A program made the translations under genes and the position numbers. Below, one piece after another: positions 53,242 to 62,475 of a DNA stretch of 64,000 bases. The stretch is taken from positions 4,366-68,365 of the forward strand of contig CAYFQE010000004.1 of the NCBI GenBank assembly GCA_964345235.1. Reading direction: 5' to 3'. The stretch is from an uncultured Oscillospiraceae bacterium (GTDB lineage: Bacteria; Bacillota; Clostridia; Oscillospirales; Oscillospiraceae). The notes beneath the pieces were generated by a model that saw only the letters and a list, made by a program, of their open reading frames with translations, had not been told where the DNA came from and searched no databases. Position 1 is the stretch's first letter, and each line of letters begins with the position of its first letter.

Positions 53242-53375
53242 GTTTATTAAAATATTGCTTATTTTTTACAACAAGAAGCTTTGTAAATTACATCAGTTTG
53301 TTATCATATTTTTGGTGGGAATCGGTCTATTGTTAATCAAATGTGAGTAAAGGTTTTTTTGAAAGGAGCTTCACC

Positions 53376-53972
53376 TTGAATTATGCAACGCATTTACTGA
53401 TGGCAGACGTAATCTACGAAGAGCTTTCCGATGTAATTGACTTGGATCGAAAGTCCTTTGTCTATGGAAATGTTAAGCCGGACCGCAATCCGATAGTCCT
53501 CATTAAACCCCATATTCTAAGCATCCATTTTGAAAATGTCTTAACGCTTTCCGAGCGGCTTAAAGAAGAGGATTTCAGCAGGGAAGCTTTTTCCGAGGAA
53601 TTAGGTGTCTTGTGTCACTATCTCTCGGACTTTTTCTGCCTGTATCACGCCGAAGAAGAGAGGTTCAGCCACCATTTGCATCACGGAATCTATGAGATTA
53701 AACTCCACAACTATCACAAAAAAAATGAGGCTTCGCTTTTGAAAAACGCCTTTTCTTTTAAAGCCGAGCCGCTAAGCGACCTGGGACAAGCAATAAAAGA
53801 TTACCGTAAAGAGTATTTTTCAAATGAGCACCGTCAGGAATTTGACCTGTTTTTTGCATACAGAATCTGCAAGTTGGCGTGTGAATCGGTGGCCTACTAC
53901 CGCTCCCGCGGCTTTATTTTAGGCAAAGAGCTTTACCACAGGCAACCGGCCTATATTAAGGGAGCATTTTAA
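53376..53972 (+). CDS. Hypothetical protein, possibly zinc-dependent phospholipase C-like fold
   Basis: His-rich: N-terminal NYATHLL, GNVKPD, GVLCHYLSDFFCLYHAEE and HHLHHG, reminiscent of Zn_dep_PLPC-type proteins. TTG 53376, 7 nt after AAAGGAG, is preferred to the track GTG at 53343. Confidence 0.4.
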   Translation: MNYATHLLMADVIYEELSDVIDLDRKSFVYGNVKPDRNPIVLIKPHILSIHFENVLTLSERLKEEDFSREAFSEELGVLCHYLSDFFCLYHAEEERFSHHLHHGIYEIKLHNYHKKNEASLLKNAFSFKAEPLSDLGQAIKDYRKEYFSNEHRQEFDLFFAYRICKLACESVAYYRSRGFILGKELYHRQPAYIKGAF

Positions 53973-54318
53973 AAACAACACCGATGACGACAGGGGCTCG
54001 CCTGCCGTTCACATAGTCCGCGACCTCTACCGTGCCGGCGCCCGGGTTAAAGCTTACGACCCTCAAGCCACACCCAAGGCAAAAAAGACTTTGGAAGCTG
54101 CCGGCATTAATATAGAATACGCAAAAGACGAGTATGATGCTGCAGAAGGCGCCGATGCCCTAGTAATCGCAACGGAGTGGAACCAATTCAGGAGCTTGGA
54201 TTTAGACCGCATTAAAGACCTTCTCGCAGGCAATTATTTCTTCGATCTGCGCAACATCTACCCGCCTGAAGCGATGAGAGAACGGGGTTTTGAATATCAT
54301 TCAGTGGGCAGACCTTAA
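53968..54318 (+). pseudogene. Remnant of a UDP-glucose/GDP-mannose 6-dehydrogenase gene (C-terminal ~116 codons)
   Basis: FKNNTDDDRGSPAVHIVRDLYRAGARVKAYDPQA...ADALVIATEWNQFRSLDLDRIKDLL...FDLRNIY matches the UDPG_MGDP_dh C-terminal domain. There is no N-terminal or central domain and no start codon. The frame opens across the stop of the preceding gene. Confidence 0.7.
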
Positions 54319-54393
54319 AAGAAGCGTTATATAGCAAAGGTTTAGGCTTTTAACACATGGATTATACAAAATAACACAGCTATGTATTGTCCA

Positions 54394-54420
54394 CCCTCCC
54401 TTACACAGGGAGGGCTTTGC
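54394..54420 (+). terminator. Weak terminator-like hairpin retained after the dehydrogenase remnant
   Basis: CCCTCCC-TTACACA-GGGAGGG followed by CTTTGCTATT (poor U-tract). Confidence 0.35.
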
Positions 54421-54651
54421 TATTCTGCAAACTTTCAGATTTTATCTTTTTTATTAAACAAATATTCATGCGTCTTGAAAATGACATTAGCTTTAAAAAT
54501 CAATGCCCGTTATGTGGACGCCGACTTTTCTGTTTACAGTTTGAGCTCTTCATATTTTACATTCTTTTTATCTTTCGTTTACTTGTATTTTAAGCTCTGC
54601 AATGTTAAAATATATGTGCTTCCAGGAATAACAAAATACAAGGAGGAAAAG

Positions 54652-55800
54652 ATGAAAAGATTCTTTACACTATTAGTTGTTTTCGCACTCATTCTTACGC
54701 TGGCCGCCTGCGGCGCAGCTCCCGCAGAAAAGCCCGAAGTCAAAGAGCCCGCTGCTGAAGGTGATGCTCCCATTATTACAAAGGTTGCCTTGGTAACAGA
54801 CGTCGGCACAATTGACGACGAGTCGTTCAACCAGGCTTGCTGGCAGGGCGTTAAGGCTTGGAGCGAGAGGAATAAGATTGACCACAAGTACTATCAGCCC
54901 ACCGAAGACAGCAACGACGCCAGAATGCTTTCGATTTCTCAGGCAGTCCAGGAAGGCGCAAATGTTGTTGTTCTCCCGGGATTCCTCTTCGATGCCGCTG
55001 TGGCCGAAGCTCAGGATTTGTACCCCGAAGTTTACTTCATCGCTGTTGACGTTGCAGCGCTTCCCAACGACACACCCATCGGCAAAAACGCCATCTGCAT
55101 AACCTTTGCCGAAGAGCAGGCAGGATTTTTGGCAGGTTACGCCGCTGTTAAAGACGGCTACACCAAGCACGGCTTCCTGGGCGGCATGGCGGTTCCCGCC
55201 GTTGTCCGCTTCGGATACGGTTATGTTCAGGGCGCAGATTTTGCCGCTAAGGAAACAGAAACCAACATCGAAATCAAGTATTTCTATGGCGGTCAGTTCA
55301 ATGGAGATGCCAACATCACAGCCCGTATGGAAGGCTGGTATAAGGACGGCACCGAAGTCGTATTTGCCTGTGGCGGCGGTATCTACACATCCGCTGTCGA
55401 CGCCGCTCTACAGTATGAAGGCAAGGTAATAGGCGTAGATGTCGACCAGCACCCCGTGGGCGAGAAGGAAGAAAACGGACAGAAGCTCTATAAGTACAAT
55501 CCGTTTATTACATCTGCAATGAAGGGTCTGCAGCCTGTAACCGAGGCAATTCTTGAAGCCATTCAGACAGGCAAGTGGGAAGAGTACGGCGGCAAGTCCA
55601 TGGTATTCTCCCTCGCCGAGGGCGACTTTGTCGGTCTGCCCACCGAGGAAGCATCTTGGGGCTTTAAGACATTCACCCTCGAAGACTATGAGGCTCTTAT
55701 CGAGAGAATTAAGAGCGGCGAGATTAAGATTGACAACAGCTTCGACCCTGCAAAGGTTCCCGAAGTCAGCGAGTTCACAAAACTCGAGATAATCAGCTAA
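54652..55800 (+). CDS. BMP-family (PnrA/Med-like) ABC transporter substrate-binding lipoprotein
   Basis: Lipobox LLVVFALILTLAAC-G. VALVTDVGTIDDESFNQACWQG and GFLFD...AGFLAGYAA are typical of basic membrane protein family binding proteins. ATG 54652 follows AGGAGG. Confidence 0.85.
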   Translation: MKRFFTLLVVFALILTLAACGAAPAEKPEVKEPAAEGDAPIITKVALVTDVGTIDDESFNQACWQGVKAWSERNKIDHKYYQPTEDSNDARMLSISQAVQEGANVVVLPGFLFDAAVAEAQDLYPEVYFIAVDVAALPNDTPIGKNAICITFAEEQAGFLAGYAAVKDGYTKHGFLGGMAVPAVVRFGYGYVQGADFAAKETETNIEIKYFYGGQFNGDANITARMEGWYKDGTEVVFACGGGIYTSAVDAALQYEGKVIGVDVDQHPVGEKEENGQKLYKYNPFITSAMKGLQPVTEAILEAIQTGKWEEYGGKSMVFSLAEGDFVGLPTEEASWGFKTFTLEDYEALIERIKSGEIKIDNSFDPAKVPEVSEFTKLEIIS

Positions 55801-55818
55801 TTTAATAATATCCACAGG

Positions 55819-55851
55819 GGAGCGTTGCAAAATTTGCAGCGCTCCTTTTTA
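55819..55851 (+). terminator. Rho-independent terminator after the BMP lipoprotein gene
   Basis: GGAGCGTTGCA (55819-55829) / TGCAGCGCTCC (55835-55845), one G-U pair, followed by TTTTTA. Confidence 0.7.
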
Positions 55852-55947
55852 TATCAGTAAAATTCTCAGATGTGTAGATTTTCGAGCTTTAAGCTTGTAT
55901 TTGCCTGCGGTTTTTGCTACTATCTTCCTTGCGAGAAGAGGTAATAT

Positions 55948-58900
55948 ATGTCGCAAAAAGCACTCAGCAAGCTCTTTTTTAAATATTTCGATCCAGCCGC
56001 CCTCCCCCTCGGGGAAAAAAGCGGCTTTTTCCCCTGCGCACTTTGGGGACTTCCCAATGTTGCCAGAGCCCATCTTATTTCTGCGCTAAACTCCGACAGC
56101 GAGCGGCCGATATTTATTTTCACCCCCGACGAGAAGGAAGCGGCGGAGCTCAGCCACCTTATTCTGGGATTCACGGGAAAAGATGCCAACATACTCTCGG
56201 GCAGGGAGCTGAGACTCAGACCCGTGGCGGCCAGGACAAGATCCGACGAAATTTCGAGGCTAAAAAGTCTTTATGAAATTCTCTCGGGCTCGAAAATAAA
56301 CATAATAACGGCCGAGGGCGCCGCCTTGCGCCCAATGCCACCCGATGTTTTGAGGCGCTCTGCTAAAAAACTTAAAAGGGGAGAGATTATAAAACTCGAG
56401 ACTCTTGAGCTCTTTCTGCTTTCCTCGGGCTATAGAAAAACCGAGACGGTGAGTCTGCCGGGGCAATTTGCGCGCCGCGGCGGTATACTCGATTTCTTTT
56501 CCCCACAAAACGATGACCCCGTGAGACTCGAGTTTTGGGGGGACGAGATAGACTATATAGGCCACTTCGACCCTTTAAGTCAAAGGCGCTTCGAGGACTT
56601 GAAAGAGGCTTTCATTCTTCCCGCCTCCGAAATTCTGCCCTCGGAATATGAGGGTTCTTTGGGCAAGTTTTTGGAAAAGCTGGATTCTCTTATTAAAAAA
56701 TCCGAACCGGATAGCGCAAGAGCCGACTTTTTTACACGCGAGTTTGAAAACTTCAGGGATTTCGGAGAGCTGAGTTCTCCCGATTTCTTCTCTCCCATGA
56801 TTTACGGGGGAAATTTTTCTGTTTTTGACTATATAGATAATAATTCCGAAATAATAATAGATTCACCCCGCCGCTTTACCGAGCGGCTTAGAGAAGTCTG
56901 CTCCCGTTATGATGAGGAGGTTGCTTCTTTTTCGTCGGACTTTTTTAGATTTGTAAAATCGAGCGAGCTCATTTTGCCGAGGAGAGAATTTTGGGAAAGC
57001 TTGGAAGAGCGAAGGGTTTATTTTACCGACAGTTTCGCCTCTTCCGCAATTCCTCTAAGATTAAAATCAAGCTTCAGCTTTGACATCAGACAAATCCCCG
57101 CCTTTCACGGAAGTATTAAGGCAATGGTTTCCGACATCAAAGAGTTCTTGGGCGCCGGCGCCGGAGTTCTTATTTTAACTCCCGAGCTATTCAGAGCCGA
57201 GCTTATGGAAGAGCTCTTGAGGGAAGACGGCATAGAGTCTGCGCTGAATTTTAAAGACGACTCTCTCCCCTCTTCGGGCGAGGTCATGATTAAGCAGGGC
57301 TCTTTGGGCGCAGGCTTCTTTTCTCCGCGCCTCTCTCTCGCCGTGCTCAGCGACGACCTGCTCATGCGCAAGCCCCGAAAAGCCGCTCCGCGAAAAAAAG
57401 CCCGCAGGAAAGGCGCGCTTTCCGACATTTCGGAGCTTAAAATCGGAGACCTCGTTGTCCACGACATTCACGGTCTCTGCCGTTTTTCGGGCCTTAAAAA
57501 GATGACTGTGGCCTCCGAGCAGCGCGACTACATAAAACTTGACTTTTTGGGCAAGGATGTTCTTTACCTGCCCGTTTCATCCATACAGCTCATTGCAAAA
57601 TATATGGGCGCTTCCGAGGACAAGCTTATTAAGCTCTCGAAGCTGGGCGGCACGGACTGGTCGAACAAAATCGCCCGAGCCAAGGCCTCTGCCAAGGAGA
57701 TGGCCGCCGAACTCATTGCCCTATACTCGGAGAGACAGGCACTGAAAGGTCACGCCTTCTCGCCCGACAGCCCCTGGCAGACGGAATTTGAACAGCGCTT
57801 CGGCTACAGCGAAACCGAAGACCAGCTGAGGTGCACCGAAGAGATAAAGTCCGACATGGAAAAACCCCAGCCCATGGACAGACTTCTTTGCGGAGATGTG
57901 GGCTTCGGAAAAACCGAGGTTTCGCTCAGAGCCGTTATGAAGTGCGTGCTCGACGGCAAGCAGGCCGCACTCCTTGCTCCCACCACGGTGCTTGCAACCC
58001 AGCACTACAACACCGCCCTCTCGCGGTTTATGGGCTATCCCGTGGAGATAAGGCTTTTGAGTCGTCACACTCCGACTAAGGAAGCCAAAAAAATTCTTAA
58101 AGAGCTCAAAGAGGGCAGGATAGACTTTTTAATCGGCACCCACAAGCTTCTCGGCTCGGAGGTCAAATTCCGCGATTTGGGGCTTTTGATTGTCGATGAG
58201 GAGCAACGCTTCGGCGTTTCGCAAAAGGAAAAGCTGAAGACAAATTTTAAAAATGTAGATGTGCTCACTCTCTCGGCTACCCCGATACCGAGAACCTTGA
58301 ACATGGCGCTCTCGGGAATAAGAGATTTTTCGAGCATAGAGGAGCCTCCTGTCGGCAGGCAGACCGTGGCCACCTATGTTATGGAGTATGACCAGGGCAG
58401 TCTTAAAGAGGCCATGGAAAAGGAGCTCGCCAGAGGCGGACAGGTTTTTTACATATATAACCGCATCGAAGGCTTGGATCGCAAAGCCTATAACATACAG
58501 CGCATGCTTCCCGAAGCGAGGGTTCGCTACGCCCACGGCCGCATGGGCGACATTGAGATGGAAAGGGCTTTCGAGGCCATGCTCTCGGGTGAATGCGATA
58601 TACTGGTTTCGACCACCATAATTGAAAACGGTATAGACATGCCCAATGTAAACACTCTTATAGTTGAAGATGCCGACCGCTTCGGCCTTGCTCAGCTGCA
58701 TCAAATAAGGGGCAGAGTCGGCCGCTCGGGCCGCAAGGCTTACGCCTACTTCTGTTTTAGAAGAGGCAGAGTTTTAAGCGAAACGGCGGAACAGCGCTTA
58801 AATGCGATAAAAGAATTTGCCGAGTTTAACTCGGGCATAAAAATTGCCATGCGCGACCTGGAGATTAGGGGAGCGGGCAGACTTTTGGGCGCAGAGCAAT

Positions 58901-59427
58901 CGGGACACCTAAGCGATGTGGGTTATGACATGTATATAAGGATACTCGAGGAGGCTGTTTGCGAAGAGAAGGGCATAGAGCCGCCGGAGGCCAAAAATTC
59001 CACTGCCGACATCATGGTTTCGGCAATAATCCCCGAAAGCTATGTCGCCTCTCAGGAGCTGAGAATGAACTTATACAGGCGCATAGCCGAACTTAAAACC
59101 GAGGAGGAAGAACTGGAGCTTATTGACGAGCTTATCGACCGCTTCGGAGAACCGCCCGACGAAACCGTATCTCTTATAAGAATAGCCAGACTCAGAGCCG
59201 AGGCCGCCGAGCTGGGCTTTAATGATATAAGCCAGAAGGGCAGCAGTCTTTACTTCTCCGCCGCCGGAGTTTCGCCCGAAAAGTTCTTGAGCTTAAGCCG
59301 CAAGGCCAAGTATAAAGGCAGACTGCGCGCCCTGCCCGGAGATAAGCCGATTTTAACTCTGGATCTCAAAGATGGGGAGAATCCGCTTAAGGCCGCCGAA
59401 GGCTTTATATATGATTGGTCTTTATAA
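55948..59427 (+). CDS. mfd: Transcription-repair coupling factor
   Basis: 1159 aa. RNAP-interacting domain GDLVVHDIHGLCRF, helicase motifs CGDVGFGKTEV, LIVDEEQRFGV and LSATPIPRTL, plus the TRG-like QLHQIRGRVGRS. Confidence 0.97.
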   Translation: MSQKALSKLFFKYFDPAALPLGEKSGFFPCALWGLPNVARAHLISALNSDSERPIFIFTPDEKEAAELSHLILGFTGKDANILSGRELRLRPVAARTRSDEISRLKSLYEILSGSKINIITAEGAALRPMPPDVLRRSAKKLKRGEIIKLETLELFLLSSGYRKTETVSLPGQFARRGGILDFFSPQNDDPVRLEFWGDEIDYIGHFDPLSQRRFEDLKEAFILPASEILPSEYEGSLGKFLEKLDSLIKKSEPDSARADFFTREFENFRDFGELSSPDFFSPMIYGGNFSVFDYIDNNSEIIIDSPRRFTERLREVCSRYDEEVASFSSDFFRFVKSSELILPRREFWESLEERRVYFTDSFASSAIPLRLKSSFSFDIRQIPAFHGSIKAMVSDIKEFLGAGAGVLILTPELFRAELMEELLREDGIESALNFKDDSLPSSGEVMIKQGSLGAGFFSPRLSLAVLSDDLLMRKPRKAAPRKKARRKGALSDISELKIGDLVVHDIHGLCRFSGLKKMTVASEQRDYIKLDFLGKDVLYLPVSSIQLIAKYMGASEDKLIKLSKLGGTDWSNKIARAKASAKEMAAELIALYSERQALKGHAFSPDSPWQTEFEQRFGYSETEDQLRCTEEIKSDMEKPQPMDRLLCGDVGFGKTEVSLRAVMKCVLDGKQAALLAPTTVLATQHYNTALSRFMGYPVEIRLLSRHTPTKEAKKILKELKEGRIDFLIGTHKLLGSEVKFRDLGLLIVDEEQRFGVSQKEKLKTNFKNVDVLTLSATPIPRTLNMALSGIRDFSSIEEPPVGRQTVATYVMEYDQGSLKEAMEKELARGGQVFYIYNRIEGLDRKAYNIQRMLPEARVRYAHGRMGDIEMERAFEAMLSGECDILVSTTIIENGIDMPNVNTLIVEDADRFGLAQLHQIRGRVGRSGRKAYAYFCFRRGRVLSETAEQRLNAIKEFAEFNSGIKIAMRDLEIRGAGRLLGAEQSGHLSDVGYDMYIRILEEAVCEEKGIEPPEAKNSTADIMVSAIIPESYVASQELRMNLYRRIAELKTEEEELELIDELIDRFGEPPDETVSLIRIARLRAEAAELGFNDISQKGSSLYFSAAGVSPEKFLSLSRKAKYKGRLRALPGDKPILTLDLKDGENPLKAAEGFIYDWSL

Positions 59428-59478
59428 ATAAACGAAATTCTGATATAATTTTGAGGTTAAATTTAAAGGAAGTGTAAG

Positions 59479-60702
59479 ATGAAAAAGAATTTTTCTATTT
59501 TAGTTGTCCTCATTTTGCTGCTCTCTCTGCTCTCGGCCTGCGCCGATGCCTCTGTGAGAGAGTATGAGCCCACCCCAACTTTTACTCCCAAGCCCGAGGG
59601 TATGCACGACTTTAAAAAAGCTTATGAGAGCATGGACCCCAACACTGTTGTGTTCACCATAGGCAAGGATAAAATATACTGGGACGAGCTTTTTTATTGG
59701 ATACATTCCTCTGTGCTGAGAGTGGAATCTCAGCTCGGCGCAATGCCCCTTGACAGCATGCTTTCGGAGGACGAGAGCTTCGCCGACTTTGTTATGGGGG
59801 ATGTAAATGCCGTAATAACTCAGTTTTATGCCCTTAACAAGGAGCTGGCTAAGCTCGGAATCGGACTGAGCGAGGACTCTAAGGCTCAGTTTGAAGAGAT
59901 TAAAAAGGCCAACATGGAGCGTTACTGCGGCGGTGAGGTTTCGGACAAGGAATTTTACGAAAAACTCTCGGAGTTTTTGATTAGCGAGAGAGTATATAAA
60001 TATGTCAGCGAAACCTCTTTGCTCCACCAGGACGGGTTTGTCGCTCTTTACGGCAAGGCCGGAGAAAAGCTCCCCGCCGAAAGAGTTCTTGCCTTTGCCG
60101 AGGAGCAGGGCTATATGAGAGCCATGCATGTGCTTTTCTCTTATGAAAATCCCGACGGCACTGCAAGAACCGATGCGGAAAAGCTGGAACTTAAAAAAGA
60201 GGCCGAGGCTCTTGTAAACGAGCTTAGAGCGATAGAAAATAACGACAAACTTGTCGAAGAATTTAAAAAGAAAATTCAGGAGAAGGGCGAGGACCCCGGC
60301 GCAGTGCAGTTTGCAGACGGCTACTACTTTACCGAAGGCGCAATGGTTCCCGCATTTGAAAATGCCGTTAAGGCCGCCGAGATGTATAAGGTCACAGACC
60401 CCGTCGAGAGCGAATTCGGCCTGCATGTGATTTTAAGGCTTCCCTTGGAGCCGGACGGCGTGCTCGAGCCCTCTATGGGAAATTATCCCCCGAGAACTTT
60501 AAGGACCGACACCGCGGGTTATGATTACAACGAACAAATCAAGGGCTTTGCCAAGATGTATGAGCTTAAAGAAAGTGATGCCATGAAGGGCTTTGATTTG
60601 CTGAAAATATTCGGTGAGGATGCAGACAGTGTGTTTAACCCCGGCTCCACCGCATCTCCCGCAACCGAAAGTGAAGAGCCGAAGGCAAGTCCGAGTAATT
60701 AA
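59479..60702 (+). CDS. PrsA/SurA-like peptidyl-prolyl isomerase lipoprotein (parvulin domain)
   Basis: Lipobox VLILLLSLLSAC-A. Parvulin-like block MRAMHVLF...GYYFTEGAMVPAFENAV...VESEFGLHVILRL. Confidence 0.75.
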   Translation: MKKNFSILVVLILLLSLLSACADASVREYEPTPTFTPKPEGMHDFKKAYESMDPNTVVFTIGKDKIYWDELFYWIHSSVLRVESQLGAMPLDSMLSEDESFADFVMGDVNAVITQFYALNKELAKLGIGLSEDSKAQFEEIKKANMERYCGGEVSDKEFYEKLSEFLISERVYKYVSETSLLHQDGFVALYGKAGEKLPAERVLAFAEEQGYMRAMHVLFSYENPDGTARTDAEKLELKKEAEALVNELRAIENNDKLVEEFKKKIQEKGEDPGAVQFADGYYFTEGAMVPAFENAVKAAEMYKVTDPVESEFGLHVILRLPLEPDGVLEPSMGNYPPRTLRTDTAGYDYNEQIKGFAKMYELKESDAMKGFDLLKIFGEDADSVFNPGSTASPATESEEPKASPSN

Positions 60703-60710
60703 AGACATAG

Positions 60711-60745
60711 AAAAAGCAGAGTAGCATGCTACTCTGCTTTTTTAT
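60711..60745. terminator. Bidirectional rho-independent terminator
   Basis: AAAGCAGAGTAGC-AT-GCTACTCTGCTTT flanked by A5 and T5, between convergent genes ending at 60702 (+) and 60763 (-). Confidence 0.75.
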
Positions 60746-60762
60746 TTATGCGTTATGCGGTT

Positions 60763-61659
60763 TTACTTTTTCTTACTGAAGAAGCTGAAGAAGTTTTTGA
60801 AAGCCTCGGAGACGGCGTTGTAGATGTTTTTAAACTTCTCTGAAAATTTTTCGCTGAAGTTCTGAATCTTCTCCTTGGCCTCCGCCATCTTTTTTATGCT
60901 GTCTTTTACGGAATCGACCTTGTTTTTAAGCTCGTCGGGGTCCATTTTTTCGAGTGAACGGCAAAGGGATATGAGCTTATTAATCTGCGAGTCGGTAAGC
61001 TTCACGCCCATGCGCTCCGCTATATTTATTATCTCGACTCTTAGCTCTTCGTCGGTCATATTTCTGGTTTCGTCCAAGATGAGCTTGAGCTCGTTGACTA
61101 TCTCGACCGAATCAATGGCGCCCAACTTCTCGGCAAGTTCGGCCGTAACCGTGAGTTCTTCGGCGCCAACCTGTTTGGCCAGCTCGTCCATCTTGACTCC
61201 GCTCATATCTTCGTAGGCAAGATACACGCCCGTAAGCGCCGCAGTGCCCGACACATTGAAAGGCGCGGCAACTATTACCTTGCAATCCTTAACGCCCGCC
61301 GTGGTGAGTGCGCTTATATACATTTCTTTACTGCACCAGTCTATGTTGTGCGTTTCGACCTGAATGCCCGAGCCTTCCGGCAGAGTTTCGATATAGATGC
61401 TCGAGTAGGAGCGCGAGCCTATTTTGGAGCTGTCGATAAGTCCCTCGAGATATTTTCTCTCTTGATTAATGCTGACGCGGAGCTCTTTTACATCTCCCCG
61501 CTTAATTCCGAAAACATTATAGATGTTTTCTATCTGGTTTTCGTCTAAGTTGACGCCTAAAACCGCCCTCTTCTCGCCCTCGGCTATATCTGCCGCAAGG
61601 ACAAAGCTCATTGAGCTTAAAATTAAAATCGTAAGTATAATAGCTATTATTTTTTTCAT
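60763..61659 (-). CDS. Secreted DUF1002-like protein with a helical C-terminal extension
   Basis: Signal peptide MKKIIAIILTILILSSMSFVLA. KRAVLGVNLDENQIENIYNVFGIKRGDV resembles the DUF1002 N-terminal repeat. Start trimmed to ATG 61659, after AAGGAAGG. Confidence 0.55.
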   Translation of the reverse strand: MKKIIAIILTILILSSMSFVLAADIAEGEKRAVLGVNLDENQIENIYNVFGIKRGDVKELRVSINQERKYLEGLIDSSKIGSRSYSSIYIETLPEGSGIQVETHNIDWCSKEMYISALTTAGVKDCKVIVAAPFNVSGTAALTGVYLAYEDMSGVKMDELAKQVGAEELTVTAELAEKLGAIDSVEIVNELKLILDETRNMTDEELRVEIINIAERMGVKLTDSQINKLISLCRSLEKMDPDELKNKVDSVKDSIKKMAEAKEKIQNFSEKFSEKFKNIYNAVSEAFKNFFSFFSKKK

Positions 61660-61682
61660 AATACATACCTTCCTTTCTGCTG

Positions 61683-62384
61683 TCACAGAGGACTTTTCTT
61701 CATCTGCGCAAAGCGCCGCGGGTATTTCTTCGGCGTGATTTTTTCCTTTCTGATCACGATCAGGCTTCTGCCTGTATCGGCCCAGGGAAGAACATATTCG
61801 TGCACGGCCTCTACACTGCCGCCCAAAAGCTCTATGCCCTTTTTAGCGGCAGAAAGCTCCTGTTCGGGCTCGGGCCCCTTCATGGCGAGCATAACCCCGC
61901 CTTTTTTGACGAGATGCATGGAAAGCTCCGAGAGCAGCCTGAGGTCGGCCACCGCTCTGGAAATGACAATATCGAAGCTCTCTCTGAGTTCCTCGCCTGC
62001 CTCTTCCGCCCTTATGGGGAGAACTTTACAGTCATTAAGCTCAAGCTCGGATATGAGTTTTTCGAGAAAATTTACCCGTTTTTGACGGCACTCGAGCAGA
62101 CTTACCGAAAGGCTCTCTTCGGCTATCTTTAAAGCCGCTCCGGGAAAACCCGCACCGGAGCCTATATCGCAGAGACTTTTGCTTTTAAAATCAAAGTAGC
62201 GCAGCACGGCGATTGAATCTAAGAAATGGAGTTTCATTATCTCCTCGTCTTCCTTTATTGCCGTTAGATTTGCCGTCTTCGAGCCCTCTATGAGGCTTTC
62301 TTTATATTTTATAAACTTCGCTATCTGATCCGCCTTGAGCTCTATTCCGAGCTCTGCGGCGCTGTTTATAAATTTATTTTCCAA
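61683..62384 (-). CDS. rsmG: 16S rRNA (guanine527-N7)-methyltransferase RsmG
   Basis: NLTAIKEDEEIMKLHFLDSI and SAM motif LCDIGSGAGFPG. Start moved to TTG 62384 (after ACGGAGAA), because the track N-terminus (62385-62435) consists of the terminator hairpin of the upstream gene. Confidence 0.9.
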   Translation of the reverse strand: MENKFINSAAELGIELKADQIAKFIKYKESLIEGSKTANLTAIKEDEEIMKLHFLDSIAVLRYFDFKSKSLCDIGSGAGFPGAALKIAEESLSVSLLECRQKRVNFLEKLISELELNDCKVLPIRAEEAGEELRESFDIVISRAVADLRLLSELSMHLVKKGGVMLAMKGPEPEQELSAAKKGIELLGGSVEAVHEYVLPWADTGRSLIVIRKEKITPKKYPRRFAQMKKSPL

Positions 62385-62398
62385 ATTTTGTTCTCCGT

Positions 62399-62425
62399 AA
62401 AAAAGTGGGCAGTCGCCTGCCCACT
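62399..62425 (-). terminator. Rho-independent terminator after the sleB-like gene
   Basis: Minus strand: AGTGGGCAG-GCGA-CTGCCCACT followed by TTTTTTAC. Confidence 0.7.
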
Positions 62426-62475
62426 TATAGCACATTTTTTCTTAAATTTCAATATTTAAGAATTTAGGTCGCATA

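Noticed and set aside
54319-54651. Purine/nucleoside riboswitch upstream of the BMP (PnrA-like) gene.
   Set aside because: The region lacks the conserved purine-riboswitch junction sequences (no UUUCUACC / CCGACUAUG-type cores) and has no convincing three-way junction. Only a short GCGTC...GACGC pairing is present.
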